NCBI GenBank assembly: GCA_964455085.1
Contig: CAYVYJ010000005.1
Span: 21,239 to 85,238, forward strand
DNA: 64,000 nt
Source: an uncultured Planctomycetia bacterium
Lineage (GTDB): Bacteria > Omnitrophota > Gorgyraeia > Duberdicusellales > 4484-171
Reading direction: 5' to 3'
A program made the translations under genes and the position numbers. The notes beneath the pieces were generated by a model. That model saw only the letters and a list, made by a program, of their open reading frames with translations, made no database searches and was not told the origin of the DNA. Shown piece after piece: positions 34,486-44,477 of this stretch (its first letter is position 1; each line of letters starts with the position of its first letter).

Positions 34486-36290
34486 AATAATTTCCTCAAA
34501 GCCTTCTTTACCGTTTTCTTATTCCGGTCAAAAATTAACGATGTCTTTAATTTTACTGAATCTAAATCAAATGGCTTCCTTAAAAAGCTAATTTCTTCTT
34601 CCATTGACCCTAGAAAAACTTTCCGTTTATCATCTTCAGGCTCTAAAGACACACAGACACAAGGTTTCTGCAAAGAAGCGATCTCTGAAACCATTGAAAC
34701 ACTCTCACTGCTTACCAGAACGATATCAGCTAGACCTCCGAACCCCTCAAAAACAAAATCGTAATTATTCCTATTAGCTATGACCAAGGCTTCTAAGTTT
34801 TTAAAATTGGCTAATTCCTCTTCCAGGTAATTTTCCGCCTCCTTGGGTGTACGTCTAGAGGTACTAATCAAAAGTTTATAGCCCTTTTTTAAGGAAAATT
34901 CCTTTAGTTTGGGTATAAGAATCCGTAAATTATCGATAAAACTCTCTGGCTCGGATACCGGACCACCAAGAAAGAACGAAATCTTCTTACCGCTACTTAG
35001 GTTAAAAAATTCCCGGCACTTTTTCATTTTAGCCTGAAAATCATCTGGATAAAAGAGTGCGCCTTTAATCATTGTTGCGCTGTCAGCCTGAATCCGATCA
35101 TGTTCGGGAATAATTGCTAAATCAAATTTGCGTAAAGATGTATTGGGCCGTAAGATTGTAACTGATTTTGCCCCCAAGTATGATGAAAAGAGATTATTTA
35201 TCGGTGCAATAAAACTTCCGGCACTTACTACGATATCAGCCGAGATTCGATCCAATGCCTGCCAACTCTCCTGATCCAGCAAATAAGTTAAGAATTTACC
35301 ACAACTTAAACAATTTTTAGGAGCAAAATAAACAGCAATATCAGCAAGCATGCGCTTAAATTTATCTTTATACCTGACTTCGATAATCTTACTCCTTATC
35401 GGCTGCCCTTCTTCAATCAACAACGACAGAAAAGCTTTTGCTTGCTTAAGATGCCCTGGTTTACCGTCACTTATTATTAAAACATCACGATTTATCTTAC
35501 GCTTGAACCGTTTGTAGTACCAAAAATACTCCCAGGGATATTTACGCAAAATATTCTCATAAATTTTATTTAATTCAGTTAAAATCTCTCGATCATCTTT
35601 ATTCCCAACATCAATAGCGCTGTTTATCTCTAAACTGTGCGAAAAGTTTTTCTTACGCCGGCAAAAGGTTGTGTATATTTTCTTATTAAATTTGCGGGCC
35701 AGGTAAACTGCTCCTTTAGGGGTGGGAACCAAGTGGGAGAAAAACTCTATCTCTAAGGCGTCAGCCTCAGCTCCATGGTCTATCACTACACCGACCATGC
35801 CATCTTGACGTAAAACCTTAATCAACTCCTTTAAGGTAAAACATACTTTGATTTTTTCTCCTTGTCGCAGTTGATTTAAGAATTTATCTAATCCGCTGTG
35901 CTTTTGCTGCTGGGCAAAAACAGCAAATTTATGTCTCTGGGCCCAACAGGAAATTGCCAGTTCCCAATTTCCGGCATGAATCCCTACGAATATCCCACCG
36001 CCAGGATAAAGGTTTGTTTTCTGATCCAGGTTAATGTACTCATATATACGGGGGATGATCAAACTCTCAATTACCGTTAAGCCAAAGTGGTTAAAACTTT
36101 TTTTCAAAATCGAATCTATTTCCCGTTTAGTCTTATCCGGAAAGGCTGACTTGATATTTCGAAAGGCAACCCCTCTTTTGCGTCCGTTACAATAGAAAAA
36201 CAGACCAATTAACCGGGCAGCCAAAAGCGCAGCCCCTAAGGGTAATCTTAATAAAATTAGTCGTATTAGTTTCAACAGCTGATATATCAT
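34482..36290 (-). CDS. Fusion of a lipid A late acyltransferase (LpxL/HtrB-like, N-terminal) with an ELM1/DUF1022-like GT-B domain (C-terminal)
   Basis: The N-terminus has a TM anchor and the LPLAT motif GIHAGNWEL. The C-terminal roughly 300 aa begin VLIISDGKPGHLKQ, typical of the ELM1-family domain often found in lipid A/Kdo clusters. Confidence 0.6.
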   Translation of the reverse strand: MIYQLLKLIRLILLRLPLGAALLAARLIGLFFYCNGRKRGVAFRNIKSAFPDKTKREIDSILKKSFNHFGLTVIESLIIPRIYEYINLDQKTNLYPGGGIFVGIHAGNWELAISCWAQRHKFAVFAQQQKHSGLDKFLNQLRQGEKIKVCFTLKELIKVLRQDGMVGVVIDHGAEADALEIEFFSHLVPTPKGAVYLARKFNKKIYTTFCRRKKNFSHSLEINSAIDVGNKDDREILTELNKIYENILRKYPWEYFWYYKRFKRKINRDVLIISDGKPGHLKQAKAFLSLLIEEGQPIRSKIIEVRYKDKFKRMLADIAVYFAPKNCLSCGKFLTYLLDQESWQALDRISADIVVSAGSFIAPINNLFSSYLGAKSVTILRPNTSLRKFDLAIIPEHDRIQADSATMIKGALFYPDDFQAKMKKCREFFNLSSGKKISFFLGGPVSEPESFIDNLRILIPKLKEFSLKKGYKLLISTSRRTPKEAENYLEEELANFKNLEALVIANRNNYDFVFEGFGGLADIVLVSSESVSMVSEIASLQKPCVCVSLEPEDDKRKVFLGSMEEEISFLRKPFDLDSVKLKTSLIFDRNKKTVKKALRKLL

Positions 36291-36310
36291 CGCATTCCTT
36301 GCAGAAAACT

Positions 36311-37354
36311 TTAATTAACTCTTCTGGTTAATCTCTTCTCTGCTGCCGCCAAAAATCCCGCTTCATCTTCTATCTCCAAATCAACCTCAAGAATAAAAAT
36401 GTTTAGCCGGTGAGCTAGAGTTGGAAGATGGAATTTATCTTTATAGGTAATCACCAAATCATTAATTGAATTTTTGATCAAACTATCCTCGAGTTTGCGA
36501 AATTCAGAAAAGCTTAATTGATGATGATCAGGATAAACTATTTTCTGCACTAAGTTTAAATTAAGCTCTCTTAACTTATTAAAGAATCCTTGAGGGTAAC
36601 CTGTAGCCGTAAATACTCCTAAGCGCCGGTTGGCTAGAAAATCAATCCCAAACTTATTGCCGGATAAATCTATAAATCCCTTAGGTTTATATTGTGAAAA
36701 ATAAACCTTAAGCTCCGGGGCAATCTTTAAAACTGCCCCCTTAACAGCCTCACGGTCACTCATTTCCTCGCTGTAATTTAAAATTAAAATATCGGCTCTC
36801 TTTAATGAACTCAAGGGTTCACGAAAAAAATAAGCTGGGATTAATCTTTGTTTTCCATAGAAATCCCGTGAACTCATTACAACAATATCAACCTCTCTTC
36901 CAAGACTGCGGTGCTGGAAGCCGTCGTCAAGAATAAAAAGGTCAAAGGAGCCTTCTAATTGCTTAGCTAGTTTACTCCGCTTGGGCCCTGAGAAAACACC
37001 CGAAACAGCCGGCCGGTTAGAAGTGGCTATCTTTTCTTTAAGCAACTTGCCTTCATCTTCTCCATAACCACGACGCAATATTGCTACCTTACGCTCAAGA
37101 CATAGACGATTATAAAGCCATAGACAGAGGGAAGTTTTCCCGGAACCAGACCAGGAGAGGCCTCCCACACTAATAACCTTTGCCCGGGAGAAGAAAACCG
37201 GAATAATTTTTCGCTGATAGAGAAAATTTCGCAAAAATACTATTGCCCCATAAATCCAGGAGAAAAAACAAAGCAGGGCATAAGCCAGTATCTCGAAAAC
37301 ATTTTTTTTGTCTTTATCTATGAAGGTTAAATAACCTTGCTTTAGCTTCGACAT
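36311..37354 (-). CDS. lpxK: Tetraacyldisaccharide 4'-kinase
   Basis: The P-loop VISVGGLSWSGSGKT and the LpxK-family architecture are present. Confidence 0.8.
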   Translation of the reverse strand: MSKLKQGYLTFIDKDKKNVFEILAYALLCFFSWIYGAIVFLRNFLYQRKIIPVFFSRAKVISVGGLSWSGSGKTSLCLWLYNRLCLERKVAILRRGYGEDEGKLLKEKIATSNRPAVSGVFSGPKRSKLAKQLEGSFDLFILDDGFQHRSLGREVDIVVMSSRDFYGKQRLIPAYFFREPLSSLKRADILILNYSEEMSDREAVKGAVLKIAPELKVYFSQYKPKGFIDLSGNKFGIDFLANRRLGVFTATGYPQGFFNKLRELNLNLVQKIVYPDHHQLSFSEFRKLEDSLIKNSINDLVITYKDKFHLPTLAHRLNIFILEVDLEIEDEAGFLAAAEKRLTRRVN

Positions 37355-37378
37355 TAGATTATTCTTTCCGCTTAAACC

Positions 37379-38653
37379 TCAAGCTAAACACTTTGAAATT
37401 ATAGCTAAGTTATTTTCTAAGCTCTTTTTCTCTCCCTCAAATACTTGATTACAGCGATTATTTAAATTATTCTTTAAAGCCACATCATTCACAAGGCTCA
37501 GTAATATTTCCCCCAGCTCCTCACGGCTCCTTACTTTAATTCCGGCACCTTTGGCCAAAACAATCTCTTCCACATCAGGAAAATTGTCCATATTGGGACC
37601 AAAAATAGTGGGTTTACGAAAGTATACCGGCTCTAAAATATTATGCCCGCCGTCATTAGATAAACTTCCCCCCACGAAACAAATATCAGCAATGCTATAA
37701 AAGTATAATAATTCACCGATGGTATCCGCTATAAAAATACTTCGTCGATCCTCGAGAGTCTCCCCAACCTTACTCATTCGTACCGGATTAAAACCGGCCA
37801 GACGAACGATCTTTTCAATCTGAGGAGCTCGTTCGGGATGACGCGGAGCAATCAGCAAAGTAACCCCTCCCAGTTCTTTAAAGACATCTTTATAGATATC
37901 AATAATGATTTCTTCTTCAGGTTCATGGGTACTGGCTGCAATCAGGAGTTGATTATCTCCTTTTTTTAATATCGGAACGTAACGTTCTCTCTTGTCCCGA
38001 AAAGTCTCCTCATCCACAAAGATACTCTCAAACTTCATGTTACCGCTAACCACAATTTTATTGGGGTCAGCACCAAGAAAGAGAAATCTCTCTTTATAGA
38101 GCGCATTTTGAACGCCGATATAATCACACCCCTTAAGGACTCGCTTCATCAGAGGCCTTATTAACCGATAGCGCTTAAAAGCTGTATCGGAAATTCTTCC
38201 GTTAATAATAACTATCGGTATATTCCTTTTATTCAAACGATAGAAGAGATTGGGCCAGATTTCAGTTTCAACTGCAATAAATATTTTTGGCTTAATAATC
38301 TTTAGTGCCTGCTCAAGCACAATGGAAAGATCAAAGGGGAAGAAAATTATTTTTGCAAGATGTGAATATTTTTGTCTTGCTATTCTATTGCCGGTTAAGG
38401 TTGTAGTTGAAATTATTATCGGGCAATTATAAGTTTTCTTTAGCCGTAACAACAAATTCCCGATTAAATTTGCTTCGCCAACGCTTACTACCTGTATCCA
38501 GATAGACTCCTTTCTCTCGCCCAGACCAATAAGCCCCAGCTTCTCTTTTAAAGCCCGGGCAGTCATCTTCCTCCGCCAAAGATGTATAGGAAGATATCCT
38601 ATTAACCCCAAGCAAAAAATAAAATCATAAATTAAAAATAATATTTCGTTCAT
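37379..38653 (-). CDS. waaA: 3-deoxy-D-manno-octulosonic acid (Kdo) transferase
   Basis: GT30, 424 aa. VSVGEANLIGNLLLRL matches the WaaA N-domain motif. Confidence 0.8.
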   Translation of the reverse strand: MNEILFLIYDFIFCLGLIGYLPIHLWRRKMTARALKEKLGLIGLGERKESIWIQVVSVGEANLIGNLLLRLKKTYNCPIIISTTTLTGNRIARQKYSHLAKIIFFPFDLSIVLEQALKIIKPKIFIAVETEIWPNLFYRLNKRNIPIVIINGRISDTAFKRYRLIRPLMKRVLKGCDYIGVQNALYKERFLFLGADPNKIVVSGNMKFESIFVDEETFRDKRERYVPILKKGDNQLLIAASTHEPEEEIIIDIYKDVFKELGGVTLLIAPRHPERAPQIEKIVRLAGFNPVRMSKVGETLEDRRSIFIADTIGELLYFYSIADICFVGGSLSNDGGHNILEPVYFRKPTIFGPNMDNFPDVEEIVLAKGAGIKVRSREELGEILLSLVNDVALKNNLNNRCNQVFEGEKKSLENNLAIISKCLA

Positions 38654-39531
38654 TTTGCTCTTGGATGGGCCTTCTGATAAACACTCTTAAGCGAATCGAT
38701 AGTTAAATGAGTATAGACCTGGGTAGTCGATATACTGGAATGCCCCAGAAGCTCCTGCACGCTACGCAAATCCGCCCCTCTATTAAGAAGGTGAGTGGCA
38801 AAAGAATGACGAAAGGTATGGGGAGATATCTTCAAAACCTGAGCTGCCTTTCGCATATATTTATAAATAATATCCCTCACCCCCCGATCAGTCAAAGTCC
38901 CGCTTCGCTTGTTTACGAACAATGAAGAGTTGTTATCAATGCGTTTATCTAAATATTTTTTCAAACTCCTCAAGGCTGGCTCACCCAAAGGAAGCAGGCG
39001 CTCCTTCCTCCCCTTTCCCATAACTTTAGCAATTCCGCTTATAAAATCTATATTCTCCTTGTTTAAAGCAACCATCTCAGCGACCCTGGCTCCGCTAGAA
39101 TAGAGAAATTCCAGAATTGCCTTATCCCTCAAATCCAGAAGCTCCCCTCCTTTAGGCATCCTAAGAATATTGCTAACTTCTTTTTCAGTTAAAAACTTGG
39201 GCAACGGTTTATCTAACCGGGGATAAATTAAAGAAGCAGCGGGATTACTTTTTGCCAATCCTTCTCTAAGGATAAATCTAAAAAAGCTCTTTAAGGTAGA
39301 GATTTTTCGGGAAATGCTTCTTTTGTTCAATTTTTTCTCACTCAGCACACTCAAGAACTTCCGTAGCAGAAAATAATCAATCCGCTTAATGTCCTTTCCG
39401 CCCCGAGAATCCAGGAATTCTCCGAATTCCCGAAGATCGGCTGCATAATTGTTGATGGTATGCGAGGAATAATTCTTCTCGATATTTAAGTAATTTAAAA
39501 ACTTATCAATATAGTGAGTAAATGGGATCAT
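38650..39531 (-). CDS. xerC: Tyrosine site-specific recombinase XerC/XerD
   Basis: The catalytic R..HxxR..Y region HTFRHSFATHLLNRGADLRSVQELLGHSSISTTQVYTH is present. The gene sits in the dprA-topA-xerC context. Confidence 0.85.
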   Translation of the reverse strand: MIPFTHYIDKFLNYLNIEKNYSSHTINNYAADLREFGEFLDSRGGKDIKRIDYFLLRKFLSVLSEKKLNKRSISRKISTLKSFFRFILREGLAKSNPAASLIYPRLDKPLPKFLTEKEVSNILRMPKGGELLDLRDKAILEFLYSSGARVAEMVALNKENIDFISGIAKVMGKGRKERLLPLGEPALRSLKKYLDKRIDNNSSLFVNKRSGTLTDRGVRDIIYKYMRKAAQVLKISPHTFRHSFATHLLNRGADLRSVQELLGHSSISTTQVYTHLTIDSLKSVYQKAHPRAK

Positions 39532-39534
39532 CTC

Positions 39535-41493
39535 TTACCCTTCTTCCTTCTCAGTCTCTGCTTCCGGTAATGTACGATTTGTGTAGGTACATCCAGGGAA
39601 TTTACTACACCCGTAAAAATTTTGTCCTCTTCTGTTTCTTCTTTCAACCAACTGACCTTCATTGCACTCAGGACAGGAAACCCCGGTAGTAATACTCTCG
39701 GCATAACGACAGCGGGGAAAATGTTCACAGCTTAAAAAACGTCCTCTTCGGGACCACTTCATTACTAATCTTCCCTGACACTGTGGACAGGTCTTATCCG
39801 AGTATTCTATCTCTTTCTTAACCAGTTTTAAGGTCTTCTCCACCTTTTTATCGAAGTCTGGATAAAAATCCTCTAAAACTTTATGCCACTCAAGTTTACC
39901 CCTCTCAACTATATCCAGCTTCTCCTCTAAAGAAGCAGTAAACCCCTCATCCATAACCTGAGGGAAAAACTTTACTAAGAGATCGCTAACCTTTATACCC
40001 AGTTCAGTAGGCCAAAATGCTCTTTTTTCTCTACGGGCATAATTTCTTCTAAAGAGAGTATAAAGAATTGGAGCATAAGTAGACGGTCGGCCAATACCTT
40101 TTTCTTCCAGCAACTTTACTAAAGAAGCATCATTATAACGCGGGGGCGCCTTAGTGGTATGTTCGGTAACTACTAAATCTTCCAGAATAACTTCCTGGCC
40201 CTGCTTAAGCGGAGGGAGCGGATTCTCCTCCCCGCCCAGACCCAAAATCTTTAAAAATCCTTCAAATAAAATCCTCTTGCCTACAGCTTCAAATTCCCCT
40301 TCCTTTGATACTATCCGGGCTTTACTGGACTCCAGTATTGCCTCCTTCATCAATCCAGCTGCAAATCTTCGCCAAATTAATTCGTATAATTTAGCTTCGT
40401 CAGCAATAACCAGCTTTGCTATATCCTGAGGCCGACGAAAAATACTGGTTGGCCTTATTGCCTCATGAGCTAACTGAGCACCTTTTTTCTTCCGGTGATG
40501 GTATTCACGTAAAGATAGGTAGTTCTCGCCGAACTCACTCTTAATGAATTCTCTGGCTTCTTCTCTGGCGGCTCCACTTATATGAAAAGAATCAGTACGC
40601 ATATAAGTAATAAGTCCTACACTTTTATTCCCAATCTGAATTCCTTCATAAAGTTTCTGAGCTAAAAACATTGTCTTCTGGGCCGGCAACCTTAAACGGT
40701 TAAAGGCTTCTTGCTGAAGCAGGGAGGTAATAAAAGGTGGCGGGGGTTTGCGTTTAATTTCCTTTCTGGTCAGCTCTTTTATCAAAAAACTCTCTTCTTT
40801 TAGTTTTTTAAGGCACTCTTCTGCCTCCTTCCTGCTTTCAAAGATTTTTTTCTTTTTTCTACATTTACTAAGTTTTGCCTTAAATAAACTGGAACCAACC
40901 CTGAATGTCGCCTCCAATGAAAAGCTAGTCTTGGGCAGGAAATTCCTAATCTCCTTTTCTCTCTCAACGATAAATTTTAAAGCAATTGACTGTACTCTTC
41001 CTGCAGATAAACCTCGCACTATTCTTTTCCAAAGAAGCGGCGATAAGCGATACCCCACTATTCTATCTAAGACCCTGCGGGCTATTTGAGAATTAACCTT
41101 GTGGGTATCTATATGGCTGTGCTTCTTAAATGCCTTGACTAAGGCCTCCTCGGTTATCTCATGAAAAACAACCCGATAAAACTTCATGTTTTTAGCTGCT
41201 AATCTCCCCTTTATATGCCAGCTAATAGCCTCGCCTTCTCGATCAGGGTCAGTGGCTAGATAAATAGCTTTTTTACCCTTAGCTTTTTTCTTTAACTGGT
41301 TAATTGTCTTCTCTTTTCCAGGAATAATCCGATAGACCGGTTCAAATCTATTTTCAACATCAACCGAGAGTTTATTGGTTGGTAGGTCAATTAAATGCCC
41401 CATGGAAGAGACTACTTCATATTCTTTACCCAGTATCGAAGAAATCGTCTTGGCTTTAGTTGGTGATTCAACAATTACTAAGTATTTACTCAT
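39535..41493 (-). CDS. topA: DNA topoisomerase I
   Basis: The TOPRIM N-terminus KYLVIVESPTKAKTI is present, along with C-terminal C4 zinc ribbons (CPQCQGR, CPECNEG). Confidence 0.9.
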   Translation of the reverse strand: MSKYLVIVESPTKAKTISSILGKEYEVVSSMGHLIDLPTNKLSVDVENRFEPVYRIIPGKEKTINQLKKKAKGKKAIYLATDPDREGEAISWHIKGRLAAKNMKFYRVVFHEITEEALVKAFKKHSHIDTHKVNSQIARRVLDRIVGYRLSPLLWKRIVRGLSAGRVQSIALKFIVEREKEIRNFLPKTSFSLEATFRVGSSLFKAKLSKCRKKKKIFESRKEAEECLKKLKEESFLIKELTRKEIKRKPPPPFITSLLQQEAFNRLRLPAQKTMFLAQKLYEGIQIGNKSVGLITYMRTDSFHISGAAREEAREFIKSEFGENYLSLREYHHRKKKGAQLAHEAIRPTSIFRRPQDIAKLVIADEAKLYELIWRRFAAGLMKEAILESSKARIVSKEGEFEAVGKRILFEGFLKILGLGGEENPLPPLKQGQEVILEDLVVTEHTTKAPPRYNDASLVKLLEEKGIGRPSTYAPILYTLFRRNYARREKRAFWPTELGIKVSDLLVKFFPQVMDEGFTASLEEKLDIVERGKLEWHKVLEDFYPDFDKKVEKTLKLVKKEIEYSDKTCPQCQGRLVMKWSRRGRFLSCEHFPRCRYAESITTGVSCPECNEGQLVERRNRRGQNFYGCSKFPGCTYTNRTLPEAETEKEEG

Positions 41494-41522
41494 AGTTTAT
41501 ACTCACAATTTACACTTAGCGG

Positions 41523-42395
41523 TTACCTTACCCCTGCTATATCCAACTCTGCCAATATATCTTCTACGCAATCAACCAACTTTGCCCCTTCCTTGATTAA
41601 AATATGTGTGCCCTTACTCAAGGGGGAGTTTAGGCTCCCGGGAATAGCAAAAACCTCTCGATTCTGCTCACAAGCTAGGTGGGCAGTTATCAGCGCGCCG
41701 CTACGCGAACTAGCTTCGACAACTAATACGCCCCGGGACATCCCGCTTACGATTCTGTTCCGACGGGGAAAGTTTTCCTTCGACGGTGCCGCAAGCATGG
41801 GGAATTCCGAAATAACTGCACCTTTGGCAGCAATTTCATCAACTAATCCTTTATTTTCCCGAGGATAAATATTCAACAAACCACTACCGAGAACAGCTAT
41901 AGTTTCCCCGTCTTGGATTGCTTGACGATGAGCAACAGTATCTATTCCTTTAGCTAAACCCGATATGATAACCATACCCTTTTGGCAAAGTTGAGCCGTA
42001 AAATCTTTAGTTATCGAGATACCGTAACCGGTAGGCTTGCGACTACCCACAATAGCGAAGGAAAATTTATTCAAAATCGCACGACTACCCTTAAGATAAA
42101 GGACTATTGGTGGGTTACTTATTTCTTTCAGCAGCTGGGGATAATCAGAATCAAAGATATCGAGGCAATCTATCTTTTCTTTAGCAATTAAATCCAATTC
42201 CCGGCTAAGAATCGTTGAAGCTCTCAAAGTCAATATTCTTTCAATGTCTTTATCCGGAAGGTAAGCAATACTCTTAAAATCACTAACCCCAACCTTAAAT
42301 ATCCTGTCAATATCTTCGAAGTGATAAAGAATACCAGAAATCTTCCCGGGGCTTAAATTTAAGAGGTTGAGCAGAATTGTACCCTTCTTAGCCAT
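41523..42395 (-). CDS. dprA: DNA-processing protein DprA (Smf)
   Basis: The Rossmann-like DprA core AIVGSRKPTGYG...VVEASSRSGALITA is present. Confidence 0.85.
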   Translation of the reverse strand: MAKKGTILLNLLNLSPGKISGILYHFEDIDRIFKVGVSDFKSIAYLPDKDIERILTLRASTILSRELDLIAKEKIDCLDIFDSDYPQLLKEISNPPIVLYLKGSRAILNKFSFAIVGSRKPTGYGISITKDFTAQLCQKGMVIISGLAKGIDTVAHRQAIQDGETIAVLGSGLLNIYPRENKGLVDEIAAKGAVISEFPMLAAPSKENFPRRNRIVSGMSRGVLVVEASSRSGALITAHLACEQNREVFAIPGSLNSPLSKGTHILIKEGAKLVDCVEDILAELDIAGVR

Positions 42396-42894
42396 TGTTT
42401 AAAATCGATATAATTCTATTAGCAATTTCTTCCGGGGATAGGTTATCAGTATCAATTGAGTAGTGAGCCTGGGCATAATAAGGAGCTCTTTCTTCAAGCA
42501 ATTGCTTAATCTTCTCTTGGGGATTGTCAACATTGAGAATCGGACGATGAGTATGTTTGTTTATCCTTTCATAAGTTGTTAAAGCCGATGCCTTAAGGCA
42601 AAATACGGTTCCGGTCTCTCTAAGCCGCTTTAAATTCTCCTTATCACAAATAAGCCCGCCTCCGCAACTAATTACCAAATCCTCCTTGGCTGACAACTCT
42701 TTAAGCAATTCCCGCTCCAGCTTGCGGAAGTAAACCTCACCCTTCTTGGCAAAAATATCTACTATTCTCAAACCTTCCCGCTCGGCAATGACCGCATCCA
42801 TTTCCAGAAACTCCTTGGCCAGACGTTCAGCCAGGATTCCAGCGACAGTAGTCTTACCACTACCCATAAACCCTACTAAATAAATATTTTTCAT
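42388..42894 (-). CDS. aroK: Shikimate kinase
   Basis: The P-loop GFMGSGKTTV is present and the length is 168 aa. Confidence 0.85.
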   Translation of the reverse strand: MKNIYLVGFMGSGKTTVAGILAERLAKEFLEMDAVIAEREGLRIVDIFAKKGEVYFRKLERELLKELSAKEDLVISCGGGLICDKENLKRLRETGTVFCLKASALTTYERINKHTHRPILNVDNPQEKIKQLLEERAPYYAQAHYSIDTDNLSPEEIANRIISILNNG

Positions 42895-43055
42895 CGCTTA
42901 CCTACAATGGTTCTTCTATGCTCTTATTGCCTCTTTCCCTCATTTTAAGACTTTGTTGTCCAGCACTGGTAATGATGGATATAATATATTATTGAGGCTT
43001 CGCCTCAATAAACTTGCTGCGCAAGATTATATACATCGCTTACCTATAATGGTTC
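42892..43055. repeat. 22-bp direct repeats (catcgcttacctacaatggttc at 42892..42913 and catcgcttacctataatggttc at 43034..43055) flank a 120-bp insert that contains the palindrome attgaggcttcgcctcaat at 42991..43009
   Basis: The first copy includes the aroK start codon. The palindrome belongs to the ttgagg-N5-cctcaa family seen at 681 and 55211. Confidence 0.55.
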
Positions 43056-43066
43056 ATTCTGCTTAT

Positions 43067-43153
43067 CGGTTTAGGCTTCTCTGCTTATCGGTTTAGGCTT
43101 CGCCTAAACCGAGGCCCCCAGAAGAAACTACGGTTTAGGCGAAGCCTAAACCG
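43067..43153. repeat. Inverted-repeat element: a partial arm at 43067..43088, then cggtttaggcttcgcctaaaccg (43089..43111), a 19-nt spacer, and its reverse complement (43131..43153)
   Basis: It has the same arm/spacer/arm design as 10014..10079 and an arm core tttagg-N5-cctaaa. Confidence 0.6.
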
Positions 43154-43296
43154 CCTTGTTAATCGAATCGTCAAGACAGTATTAGTATTATCAAGGCAAT
43201 TGGCGAGTTTGTCAAGCTGGATGGCACTAAAAGCTTCTATAGCTTTAAAAATAAGCTTTCAGACCGCGAAAAAGGAGTGATTTTTAAGGATTTTGG

Positions 43297-44460
43297 CTAT
43301 TTCCCGTACTTCTTGATCAAATTAAGGGCAATAATGTTCCGCTGAATTTGATTGGTGCCTTCGTAGATCTGGGTTATTTTTGCATCCCGCATGAACTTCT
43401 CAATCGGATAATCTCGCATATAACCGTAGCCACCGTAAATCTGGACCGCATTAGTGGTTACCTCCATTGCTACATCAGAGGCAAACATCTTTGCCGCTGC
43501 ACTGGCCGGGCCGACATTTTTAATCCCTCTATCAACCATTGAAGCAACGCTGTAAACTAAGCTTCTTGCCGCTTCAATCTTGGTAGCCATATCAGCCAGC
43601 ATCCATTGTATCCCCTGGAAAGAACTTATCGGTTTGCCGAATTGAATCCTCTGATGGGCATAAGCAGTAGCCAGCTCTAAAGCCCCTTGTCCGATCCCCA
43701 CAGCTTGGGCGGCAACTCCCGGACGGGATTGATCAAAGGTCTTCATGGTAGAGATAAAACCAATACCTTCTTTTGCGCCTAAAAGATTCTCTTTGGGTAC
43801 CTTGACATCAGTAAAGATCAACTCACCGGTTGACGATGCCCTTATGCCCAATTTTTCTTCCTTTTTGCCAAAAGTAAAACCCTCCATCCCCTTCTCAAGG
43901 ATAAAAGCTGACACACCACGGGGACCTTTGTTCTTATCAGTAACTGCGATTACAGTATAAATTTCAGCATCTCCGCCATTAGTGATAAAGTGCTTAGTTC
44001 CGTTTAAAATATAATAATCGCCGTCCTTCTTAGCCGTAGTCTTTACTGCCGCCGCATCCGAACCAGCCTCAGGCTCAGTTAAACCAAAGGCAGTCAATTT
44101 TTTCCCGGAAGCTATATCCGGCAAATACTTTTTCTTTTGTTCCTCGGTACCGTTAATCAGAATAGGAAACATCCCCAAATAGGAAGCAGCGAAAGCGGTA
44201 GCAACTCCTCCGTCAACACGGGAAATTTCCTCGGTGGCAATACATAAATCCATAAGGTTACCACCCATTCCCCCGTAGCTTTCAGGTATGCATAGAGAGA
44301 AAAGATCAGCTTGACCTAAAGCCTTGATAATATCAGCCGGAAATTCTTCCTTTTCATCAAGCTCTTTTGACTGCGGTCTTATTTTTTCCTCAGCAACTTG
44401 GCGACATAAATCGCGTAACATTTCTTGATCTTCAGTTAAGGGATAATTAACTAATGACAT
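43297..44460 (-). CDS. Acyl-CoA dehydrogenase (short/branched-chain type)
   Basis: 387 aa with ACAD-family motifs (GLTEPEAGSDAAA, YEGTNQIQR). Confidence 0.85.
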   Translation of the reverse strand: MSLVNYPLTEDQEMLRDLCRQVAEEKIRPQSKELDEKEEFPADIIKALGQADLFSLCIPESYGGMGGNLMDLCIATEEISRVDGGVATAFAASYLGMFPILINGTEEQKKKYLPDIASGKKLTAFGLTEPEAGSDAAAVKTTAKKDGDYYILNGTKHFITNGGDAEIYTVIAVTDKNKGPRGVSAFILEKGMEGFTFGKKEEKLGIRASSTGELIFTDVKVPKENLLGAKEGIGFISTMKTFDQSRPGVAAQAVGIGQGALELATAYAHQRIQFGKPISSFQGIQWMLADMATKIEAARSLVYSVASMVDRGIKNVGPASAAAKMFASDVAMEVTTNAVQIYGGYGYMRDYPIEKFMRDAKITQIYEGTNQIQRNIIALNLIKKYGK

Positions 44461-44477
44461 TTAGATCCTCCTTCCTC

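Noticed and set aside
38650-39531. XerC-like tyrosine recombinase as the integrase of a mobile element or island
   Set aside because: It sits in the conserved dprA-topA-xerC chromosomal arrangement. It has no flanking att repeats, phage genes or compositional change, so it is most likely the housekeeping dif recombinase.
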